The position numbers were made by a program, and so were the translations under genes. A stretch of 32,375 nucleotides of DNA from a virus (Duplodnaviria; Caudoviricetes), in IMG/VR virus record IMGVR_UViG_3300042327_000906, positions 1 to 32,375 of that record. One strand, 5' to 3'. Numbering within the stretch: position 1 is the stretch's first letter; every line of letters begins with the position of its first letter. A model generated the notes under the pieces. It saw only the letters and a program-made list of their open reading frames with translations, made no database searches and had not been told where the DNA came from. Below, in pieces: positions 7,656-17,300 of this stretch.

Positions 7656-9758
7656 TTATACCTCGTAGCTATATGAAATATATGCTGTTTCACCGATGGC
7701 AACTTCTTCAATTCCACCGATTGCAAAAGTGTTAATCCAAGTAATTCTTGTAACTCCGCCTACTTCAGAAACACTAAAGTCTCTCAGGTGGTGTGCTTTC
7801 ATAGCATCGACGTGCACATTTAACGTAGCGGTTACGGCAATATGACTTAAGTCAATAGATGCCTGCTGTGATGCAGATGCGATTGACACGCTCATGCTAT
7901 GCGGAACGTAATGCTTTTCAGATTCAAGTGCTTGGACTCTTATATCAATTGCAGATACTGAAGATTCTAATGCGGCAACAGAAGCGTTAAGCGCATCGAT
8001 GTCCTCTGAGTTTCCACCAGAGAAAGCTTCAAGATCGTCAACTTCACTTTGAATGCTGTCAGCATATGCCTCGAGATCAGTAATGTCCGATCCTAAGCTT
8101 ACGATGTCGGACTGCGCTTGAGTCATGTCGCTTTGTAGCGAAGTGATATTTGATTCTGCAGTATCTAGTCGCCCATCAAGTGCAACATCTGCAGCACTAA
8201 GATCAACAAGTTTTTGCTCAATGCTCTTAACTTCAGATACCATTAGAATATCAGAAGCATTAAGAACTACGACGCCTGTTTTAGTATTTACTGAGTTTAC
8301 TTCACTCGCACTAATTTCAATGTATTGAGATCCTGACCATCGATAGCATTTGCTGTTATCAAGTGCTACGTAGATCTTGGCTGTTTCACCAATTGCTGGA
8401 AATCCTGCAAGGTTAGCAAATTCAAGAACATCATCGACGTATGATGGTAGGTATTGTGCATCAATAAGAGAGGATCCGTTAAGAGGTACAAGACCTCCGG
8501 CCTGGCCAACTGAGTTTTCAATAGCAGCTACATCTGACTGAAGAGTAGATATACTAGATTGAGCAGCATCCATCTCGCTTTCAAGTGTTGTAACTTTAGG
8601 CTCAACTGCATCAAGTCTTCCGTCGATAGATATTAAATCTAACTGAGCAGCATCCATCTCACTTTCAAGTGTTGTAACTTTAGGCTCAACGATGTCTAGT
8701 CTTCCATCAAGAAGTCCATCTGCTGAAGATCTATCAAGAATTTCTTGAGCTAAAGAAGCCTCAACAGCATCGATGTCTGATCCAATAGCAGTATCAGCAG
8801 CTTGACGATCTAAAACTTCTTGATCAAGATCAGCTTGTGTATTGTAGGCGTAAGCTTCAAGATCATCGAGATCCCCTCTTACGTCACCTTCAAGACCCTC
8901 TAAGTCATCAATTTGATCTTGGAGATTTTGATCTCCTAAAATTCTAGCCGATTGTTCTGACGAGATAGCCGCTTCGACGGCATCAATTTCTAAGCCTTGA
9001 GCAGTGTGAAGTGAGTCAGCGTATCCTTGAGCGTCAGCTAAAGTTTGAGCATCTTCTAGTTCACGACTAGCAGCTTCTTGCGAAAGTGCTAATTCAACAG
9101 CGTCGATCTCTAAACCGATAGCAGTATCAGCAGCTTGACGATTAATAACTTCTTGAGCAATTGAAGATTCAACAGCATCGATGTCTAAACCAATGGCAGT
9201 ATCTGCGGTCTGGCGATCAAGGATCTCTTGAGCAACCGAAGCTTGAACAGCGTCAATCTCTAAACCAATGGCAGTATCTGCATCTTGGCGATCATCAATT
9301 TCTTGAGATACGGCATTTTGACGATCAAGAATTTCTTGAGCAAGTGCAGCTTGAATGTCTTGAACATCAACAGCAAAGTCCGATTCAACTCTCACAATCT
9401 CAGAACTTAAAGTATTGTCAGAAGCTTGTCGATCTAAGATCTCCTGAGCAATCGATGATTCTACCGCATCGATGTTTAAACCGATTGCAGTATCTGCTGA
9501 TTGTCTATCGAGAATTTCTTGGTCTAAATTATTAGATACAGTGCTTAAAGCATTTTGTAGTGCAGCTACTTCGTCTGTACGATCTTGAATTTCTTGAGCA
9601 AGTTCACCACTGATAGATACTACTTGACCTTCGAGTGTTGTAACTCTATCGCCAATAGCATCAAGCTCAGGGATTTCACCTAATTGTAATTCTGCAATCT
9701 CTTCTTCAAGACGAGCAATGTCGTCCTGCCATGCGAGTCTATTGTCCTGAAGTGCCAT
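7656..9758 (-). CDS. Long acidic coiled-coil fibre protein (700 aa)
   Basis: Repeated QEILDRQxADTAIGLxIDAVE units, and fibre modules YLPSYVDDVLEF...GETAKIYVALD...YRWSGSQYIEIS and VNSVNTKTGVVVL. Confidence 0.78.
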   Translation of the reverse strand: MALQDNRLAWQDDIARLEEEIAELQLGEIPELDAIGDRVTTLEGQVVSISGELAQEIQDRTDEVAALQNALSTVSNNLDQEILDRQSADTAIGLNIDAVESSIAQEILDRQASDNTLSSEIVRVESDFAVDVQDIQAALAQEILDRQNAVSQEIDDRQDADTAIGLEIDAVQASVAQEILDRQTADTAIGLDIDAVESSIAQEVINRQAADTAIGLEIDAVELALSQEAASRELEDAQTLADAQGYADSLHTAQGLEIDAVEAAISSEQSARILGDQNLQDQIDDLEGLEGDVRGDLDDLEAYAYNTQADLDQEVLDRQAADTAIGSDIDAVEASLAQEILDRSSADGLLDGRLDIVEPKVTTLESEMDAAQLDLISIDGRLDAVEPKVTTLESEMDAAQSSISTLQSDVAAIENSVGQAGGLVPLNGSSLIDAQYLPSYVDDVLEFANLAGFPAIGETAKIYVALDNSKCYRWSGSQYIEISASEVNSVNTKTGVVVLNASDILMVSEVKSIEQKLVDLSAADVALDGRLDTAESNITSLQSDMTQAQSDIVSLGSDITDLEAYADSIQSEVDDLEAFSGGNSEDIDALNASVAALESSVSAIDIRVQALESEKHYVPHSMSVSIASASQQASIDLSHIAVTATLNVHVDAMKAHHLRDFSVSEVGGVTRITWINTFAIGGIEEVAIGETAYISYSYEV
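8560..8690. repeat. 47-bp direct repeat, one mismatch, 84-bp period
   Basis: tgagcagcatccatctc(g/a)ctttcaagtgttgtaactttaggctcaac at 8560-8606 and 8644-8690; encodes VEPKVTTLESEMDAAQ twice. Confidence 0.92.
8740..9530 (-). repeat. Imperfect 75-bp (25 aa) coding repeats
   Basis: taaacc..(a/t)..gcagtatc at 9111, 9186 and 9261 (75-nt spacing), with further copies near 9477 and 8780. Confidence 0.85.
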
Positions 9759-9759
9759 G

Positions 9760-10122
9760 CTATGCCCCTCCGGTCTTAAGAATTACATAGCTACTTAGCG
9801 CTGCGCTTCCTGATACCCTCACAAATCTAATACGAAAAGAGACTACAGGAACATTGGCATCAAGGATCATTTGTGATTGATCTGCAGTAGTGACAGGTAT
9901 TTCGTTTTTAACTACCCAATTCTGTACGCCATCTGAATCAACAGGATCGCAAGAATATTCAAGAAATAAAGTTCCTGTTACTGGTTGATCCCAGAACATG
10001 TGAACACCTAAATGTAGATTAGAACCAAACTGATATGACTTCGAAATGAAGCTAGACCCCATAGAAACGATTGGATCATTGTCTTCGTCGTGTAGTCCTT
10101 TGATTACTATTGTTTGACTCAT
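9760..10122 (-). CDS. Small beta-rich virion protein (120 aa), possible fibre adaptor or decoration
   Basis: Pattern GTLFLEYSCD...W...FRIRFVRVSGSA resembles small jelly-roll phage proteins. GGAG SD; lies within the fibre cluster. Confidence 0.55.
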   Translation of the reverse strand: MSQTIVIKGLHDEDNDPIVSMGSSFISKSYQFGSNLHLGVHMFWDQPVTGTLFLEYSCDPVDSDGVQNWVVKNEIPVTTADQSQMILDANVPVVSFRIRFVRVSGSAALSSYVILKTGGA

Positions 10123-10131
10123 GGAGCTCTC

Positions 10132-11232
10132 CTAAATTATGAACCAATCTACACCATCAGAAATGAGTGTAACCGATTCCTTCGCCGATGTTAAACTTTT
10201 ATTAGATGCAACATCATCAATTTTTTCAGAACCGCTTCTTACTAAAGTGACTAAATTGCTTCCTAGTTTCTTTATGTCTATGATTTTATTTGCGTCTGGT
10301 GGCGGTAATGTGACGGATAAATTATTAAGCTCAATAACTAAAGTCCATCCAACTTCAAGACCGCCGAAGCCTCCGTCGCTAATCCAAGCAAAAGGGCCAC
10401 CTTGCAAATAAATATCAGTATCTAAAACATTATAATGGAGTGGAGACTCGAGGACAGTAACCACCGATAACGGCGATATAACCTTAACCTCAAGATCTGC
10501 GGAGTTTACAAAAGCGAATGATATTGGGAATGCGCCTGTAAGCCCATCGCCAGGAATGCTTTGTGAACTATTTGATACCACATAAACTTTACCAAACTCG
10601 GCAGTAAAGTTTGCACTCTTAAGTTCTACATCAAATGATACTGCCGGAGCACTCTCTAATGCTGCTATGCGAGATTCATGATCTAAACTTGTCACACCTA
10701 AAGCACTTGCCTGTGTTTCAAGGGCATCAATCTCTTGTTGCTGATCTACGTTTTCATCGACTAAATTCGATATGCTTTCCTCGAAAGTATCGACTTTATC
10801 CGATAGCACTTGAAACTCTGACGCAATTTCAGTAACTAACCCTCGAAGGGCAAGTACATTCATGGTCAATCTATCAGCTACTTTTTCTAAGACTTCTGGC
10901 GCAAAGCGTCCAAGATCTCTTAGCTTGGCAGGTTGAAACGCATTAGTAGAAAATTTGATTTTTAAAGTGTAGTCTTCTTTAAGTCCATTAAGATCAGTCC
11001 AAACAAACGAAGGCGATACTTCTAAAATAAATGTTGCGTCAGTATTAGGAATTCCAATACTATCTAAAACATAGTGCGTATCTTTCACTAAAATGACAGA
11101 TTCGCCCAATGGCGAAACTATTTCGGCTTCGATGTTTGCATCTTCAAAAGTAGGAAAAGATACCGGAAAAATAATTTGTTCCGTACCATCGCCTACAAAA
11201 CTTAGAATTACGGGCGTATTTAAAGGTATCAA
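10132..11232 (-). CDS. Proximal tail fibre / adaptor with T7 gp17-type N-terminal anchor
   Basis: N-terminal FVGDG..FPVSF...Y.L...TL.I and ..GRFAPEVLEKVADRLTM resemble podovirus fibre attachment domains. Directly follows the large ejection protein; TTG start with AAGGAG SD. Confidence 0.78.
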   Translation of the reverse strand: MIPLNTPVILSFVGDGTEQIIFPVSFPTFEDANIEAEIVSPLGESVILVKDTHYVLDSIGIPNTDATFILEVSPSFVWTDLNGLKEDYTLKIKFSTNAFQPAKLRDLGRFAPEVLEKVADRLTMNVLALRGLVTEIASEFQVLSDKVDTFEESISNLVDENVDQQQEIDALETQASALGVTSLDHESRIAALESAPAVSFDVELKSANFTAEFGKVYVVSNSSQSIPGDGLTGAFPISFAFVNSADLEVKVISPLSVVTVLESPLHYNVLDTDIYLQGGPFAWISDGGFGGLEVGWTLVIELNNLSVTLPPPDANKIIDIKKLGSNLVTLVRSGSEKIDDVASNKSLTSAKESVTLISDGVDWFII

Positions 11233-11254
11233 AAGCCACTCCTTAACTTTATTA

Positions 11255-11286
11255 ATGATGCAGCCTTATAGGCATTTAAGTCAACA
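11255..11286 (-). promoter_or_regulatory. Putative promoter upstream of the fibre cluster
   Basis: Minus strand TGTTGACT-taaatgcctataaggctg-CATCAT (18-nt spacer after TTGACT) in a 73-nt intergenic gap. A similar element lies upstream of the MCP gene. Confidence 0.4.
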
Positions 11287-11305
11287 TCAATTAGCTATTG
11301 CTAGT

Positions 11306-14300
11306 TTAATCTATTTCGTTCTGTAAATCTTCTAATTGATAGCGTCTTATTGCTCTTTCTTCCGCCATCTCCTCTTCTGTTTTGCCTAAGTTATAATACT
11401 GTAGTGCTCTGCCTGTCATAGTGAATACCCCCGATCCGGTTAGAAAGCTTGACATATCAAGTAGTGCTTTCTTCTCTCTGTCATTCAAACTGACGCCGCG
11501 ATAAAGATTTTTAATGCCACTTCCTGCAGCCTCTCCTCGACCTATGACGTTAGATACTGGGCCAGAACTAGCGGATCCATAAACGATATAGCTCTCTACG
11601 AATCTTCCAAGAACTGGAGCAGTCGTCGAGATTGTGGATCCTGTGATTTGCACTGCCATTCTTTTTTCTTTCTTAAACTCCTCATCCTCTTCCTCATCAT
11701 CTGCACCAAAAATAGAATCAATTGCAGCTTGGAAGTAACCTTCAAAAAGTACAGGCCCGGCAACAAGAACAGTCAATGCGCCTGAAAGACCTTTAACTTT
11801 ATTAAGATTATCTTTATTGTCTCTGATCTCTAGCCCAAGCTCATTTAAGTTAATTAAAGGAATACTTGTTGCAGTGAGAAATAGTTTCTTAAGATCTGTA
11901 CCTGCTTGAAGATTGGAAAGTGCTGATGCCGCCATCGATCCCTGAGTTCTCATTACAACATCGTCTGCGACTGCTATGGCTTCCTGCTCAGATCTTCCTT
12001 CTTTTAACTGTCTAGTATATGCTGCACTCCAAGTGGCCAAGTCTACGCGTTGCTGAAAGTACTGAGCAAAGAAAGTAGCAAGTAGGTTAATTTTGTCATC
12101 TGTCCACGTAACCCAATCAAAATTAGTATTAAGAAGATCCATCGATCTGTGCGCATCTTTAATAGACGTATCGTATCGCTCTTGCATAAATGGCGATTTA
12201 CCAAGTACTTGAGATGCAACTGCTTTAGGCTTCAGGTACGATTCGATGGATGCTGCCACTAGGTCACGCTTCTTTACCCGTCTTGTTGCTTGCAATAGCC
12301 CTAGATTCTGTCTAAGACCTGAAGCAATGTTAAGAGAATAGAGTACAGTGTTGACTCCCTTGCGTGCTACGCGCGCGTATCGATCCATTAGATCGTTTGA
12401 GTATTCTGTGTAAACCTGTCTTGTAGTTCTGTTAAACCATGGAAGAATTACGTTTCTGTATGCGCCCGGTGCTTTCTCTTCAACTGCATTTTTTGCCTGA
12501 GGAGTAAGCATAATATTTCTAAAATTAGAAAGTGCTTCGCGCATTTCAATAATATCAATTGCAGCATTTGTGTATGCTGTAAGAGTAGAAATATCTAGGT
12601 CAATTTTGTCCACCCCACCTGTACGCTCTTTGGTAAAGTTAGTTCTTTGAACAAACGTCGATGAAGGTACTCCGTTAGTATCTATAGGCATATAATCCGA
12701 ATCACTCGTTGCTGATTTAAAATCTGCATTAACAGAGATCGGCGCGTATCCTCCCGTAAGTATAACATCCTTACCATCGACGTTTACTGTAATTGATCTA
12801 GCTTTAATCTTACCGATAGGTATGTTATCTGTTTTTCTCATTGTACTTTCAAGCTCAGGATGGAGCTCTTCAAATACCTTCCAAATTTCATTAACAGCAT
12901 TAATATGCCCGATGTTGACTTTACCTTCTTTGATCAATCGATTCATGGCCTCTTGATATTTAGTTAAGTCCACATCACGAGTAGCTTCATTAGTATCGGG
13001 ATCTAAAACATAGGAAATATCGATCTGGGCATTTCTTAGTAAAACTTCGACTGCACCAGAATTACTGCCCATAAGCGTCATGAACTTAATTAGCTCGCCA
13101 TCGTTTTCAAAAGTAATTCCAAGCTCAGGCATTGCGATAGGCTTAGGTAAAATCCCTAAAGCTTTCTGTGCAAATTCTGGAAGTCTTTTTCCGATAGGAT
13201 TAAAGACAGCCTCTAGGCCAGGATTGTTCTTATAGATAGGCTTTAAAACATCTTGGATTCTGATCTTAGTCTTTTTCTTTCTTACCGAAGACTTACTCTC
13301 AGATGTAGTGACGTCAGAAATAATTTTAAACATCTGGCTCTTATAGTAATCTTTTCTTCCGATAAGAGATTCCATGAGCCATCGAATGTTAAGTGTGTCT
13401 TTAAGTCTTCCTTCTTTAAGATCTAAAGTCCCTGCGTATTGAGATACTTCCGAAGCAACGGCGTCACCCATTTCGTTTCTATCTGCATCTTTTAGGTCTT
13501 TCTTAAGCCTGGCCGCCGCCGATGATGCTTTTAATATCCCGTTCATTAAGTTTCCAAACGATAGCGCTGCCGCTACGTTGTTCTTTATTCTTGGCCCACC
13601 ATAGCTTAAGTCATTGTATCTGTTGATAAGATCGTTAATCATCTTAACCATCGACGGGTCAATTGCACTCGCATCGCTAATAAAGTCTATAGCAATCGGA
13701 GAAATCTTTCCTGATTCAGACTCCATGATTATCCGCTTGCCTTGATTCAGTAGATCAAGATCATAGCGATTAGCTGCTGCTTTCTTACCTGCATACTTAA
13801 CAATCTTTCTAAGATCTTTATCCATCTTAACAAAAACAGAATAAACTTTTTCAGCAGTTTCAAATGCTTTGAAATTTACCATCTGCTGATATTTGTCCTC
13901 AAGTGCTGATACAATATCGTTTGATTTAAAGTTCTTAGCTGCCGACTTTCCTTTTCTATCTGAATCAATAAGAAATCTTTTTGGTGAAAACTTATAAGCT
14001 GCCGACTGCATAATCTTCGATGTTGCCAATCTTTCGATCTGCTCTTTAGAATCTTTACCTGTATATCTGGCAGGATTAATTAACTTTGATGCTACACCTT
14101 TTAGAGTAGGCAAATATTTCTCAGCCAGGATTTTCATCTCAAGCTGCATTAGTTTTTCTTTGCCCTTATTCTGTACGGCTTTCTCAGCTATTTTGTGAAT
14201 TTCATCGTCTGTCTTAAGTAGTGGGATCTCGGCATCGATCTGTTGATTTACTAAGTCATTGATGAGTTCATCTCTCTGACTCATTTCAATCATTGCAGTC

Positions 14301-17300
14301 ATTAGCTCTGTGTAGTCGTTTATGTTGTTATCTGCCATAAACTGATCGACTTCGATTCCACCTTTGCCTTTAGATGCCATGACCTGAAAAGGTACGCGTT
14401 GCCTAAAAGCTGATGCGCCTTCCACGTCGCCGCCAAAAAATACTCTAGCGATCGAATTAAAACTAAGTCGTGGATCCGTTCCTTGCTTTCCGCCTTCAAC
14501 ATACTGAGCATAATTGTCTTTAAAATATTTAAGAACAAGGAATGTCGGTTGTGCATCAACTTCGTTTTCTGCCTTAACTCTAAACTCTTCAAGACGTGCA
14601 AGTGCTTCAGTCTCGCGCTCTTTTTCAGATTTGATAAATGCTTTAGTATAGGTGTCCCCGATTGCTCTACTTCTTGCCTCTTGTTGAGTTTCAAGATATT
14701 TAGCGCCATCGGCCCCAAGCATATTTGCGTCGAACATAGGCTCAGGGAACATCGGGTACAATGTATTTTCTATCTTGTCCGATGCGCCTAAGATAGTTTC
14801 AAAGATCCTTTCAATCTTAGGATTGATCTTAAATGGAGGATATTGCTTATAGGCATTACCAATTGACATGGCGATGCGTTTTAAGAATTGTCTAAAATGT
14901 TCTAGTACTTGTCTGAATTTATTATTTTCAAACTTACCTTCGTAGAAATATTTTTCTGCAGTCTGAGCGAATGTTTCGTGAATTCTTGTTTGCTGCTCTT
15001 TAGGAAGGTTAAGAATATCCGATATGTTACCTAGTTCAAATAGTTCAGCAGTATCTTGCATTGCAGTTTTGTACTCTCGCTGCCTATCAGTTAATTGCTC
15101 TTCTGGGATAGCGAATATGAATTCACTGTCTCTGGCCATGTCATGTAACCACGAGTGGCCAAGCTCATGTGTGACAGTACTTAGATCTGCGTTCGGATCA
15201 ATAAGGAGTTTAGTTAGCCCGTAAGGTAATCTTTCTGTAGTAATGTCGTAAGTAAATACACCTATCGTATTTTCTTTAAGTTTTTTTCTTGCCTTTTCTG
15301 CGGCAGTTAAAACTCCAAACTGCATAGTCATAAGTTCTTCAGGGCGCATGCCTAAAACTTCTGCCCTAAATCTTAGATGAGAATATTGAATCTCAGCAAT
15401 AGCATCTAAAGATTCTTTAGGTATTTCGCCTGTCAGCTTTGTTGCTCTCTTTAGACCTGCTAAAATCTGAGTCATTAATCTTTGCTCTTTTTTATTTCTA
15501 AACTTCGATAGTAGCTGAACAGGACGCATTACAATATTACCTTCAGCTTGTGAAGGTTCAATAATTTGCATAGGTTCAATAGGCTCTGCTACGACGTCAC
15601 TAGGCTCTTGGCCAGGAACAGGAGGTGGTAGATCCTCTTCTGATGTTTGATAGAATGATCTTACGATTTCAACATCTCTATCCTCGAAGATTACAAAATT
15701 TTTCTTATCGCTCTTTCCGCCTTGAGCAGAATATTGAATTCCGAAAATTCCTTTGCTTTTTAAAAAGTTAGAAGCTTTCTTATCGCTACCTAATTGATTA
15801 GATATAGCTTTGTAAAAACTTTTTCCTGATTTCCATTTTACTTCAGGATCAGTTTTGTATATTTGTTTCATTACTGAATCTAATCTGTCTTTTACATATT
15901 CAGATTGCTTAGAGTATGTTTCTTCCCAATCAAGCATCTGCTCTTTCTCAGGAATTTCAACTTCGTAGGTTTGACCTTTATCAGTTTGCCATCCTCTTGA
16001 TTCCATGACTTTTTTAAATGTTCTAGAATCTGGAGTGGTAAAATGTGTGCGAGGTCTTTCTCCCGGAATTTCATTTCCTTGTGCGTCTACAGAAATTGTT
16101 TCTACATACCATCCTTCTTCATCCCCATCAATAAACTGAAGAACTTTTTGATTTGAGGCATAGCCTGGAACAATTTGGCCAGGAGTATAATACTCTTTTA
16201 AAGCTTCAATAGGTAGCGCAAGACCTCCAGTATTGAGAGTCTTTCCATCTTTTGTAAATGTTTTTGAATATTCAGTTAGCTTTTCTCTATACCATTCAGC
16301 GATGTCTCTATCTTCTGTAAAGTAAAGGCCGTATCCAAATGCCTGAGCACCTTCACCTGTACCTATGGCTGCAGTAGAAAACTTATCAAAACGATAAGGA
16401 CTTCCATGGTATGCCGATTGCAGGAACGACATAGGATTAGTAAAGACATCATCGGCAATTTCTGCCGCTTCCTTTGCATTGATTCCAATGTCAGGGAAAC
16501 GAGCAATATCGTCGATGCCTTCGATTGCATCATCTGTTTGAAATGTAAGCCATTCGTCAATAGTTACTGAAACACTTGAGTCAGATTCTTTATTCTTAAT
16601 ATATTGGTCTTGTACTTCTGGGCTAAGATTTTGAATGACTATCTGAGGATCAAAACCCTTCGATGTGACAAACTCATTAAACTCAGATGGAGTAAATAGT
16701 ACAATCCCTTCCTGATCGATCTTTTCTTTTTCCGCAATTTCTTTATCACTTACTGTATCTGTTTCGTCGTTATAGATTTCAGGAGATCGAGATTTATCGG
16801 ATCCTGCTTCGACAATAAGATCTTGTACAATTGTTTTGTTTTGTTTAGCGTCATCACTTTTTAAGATTTCTTGTCTGATGCCTTTAAGAGTCTCTGCGCG
16901 ATCTTTGGCCGCTGCAGATTTCTTAATGTTAGATAGCATCTTATTAGCGCCCTTCTTAGCATACTCTGCGGTAAGGACTGATCCGTTTGCAATTGCTGAT
17001 CCTGTAGCAATAAAGCCCGGAGATACTGTTGCTTCTCTTACTGCTGCAGTTATATTCTTTGGAAGATTCTCAATGCCTTTTCCTACATAAGCATCTGCTG
17101 CCGTCGATGCTCCAAACTCTGACACACCTTCCTCAAGTACAGAAGCGGTAGCGATCTTTTTAATTTTAGGAATTATGCCTTTACCTTTAGATGCAATCTT
17201 ACCTGCGACTCCTCCAAGTAAAAAGTCTGAAACAGACATTGCACCTGAATATATGGCCGACTGTGCTCTCCAAGTAGCCACTCTTTCTGGATCACTAAAC

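Noticed and set aside
4987-9530. Regularly spaced repeats as a CRISPR array
   Set aside because: Periods are multiples of 3 (63, 75, 78, 84 nt), copies vary at synonymous positions, there are no unique spacers, and all lie within ORFs.
4468-10330. Possible diversity-generating retroelement VR/TR pair, suggested by the BPP-1-like head genes and the similar 3' ends of the 473-aa and 366-aa genes
   Set aside because: Both copies are coding gene ends, their differences are not adenine-specific, and no reverse transcriptase is in the window. Ordinary paralogy explains them.
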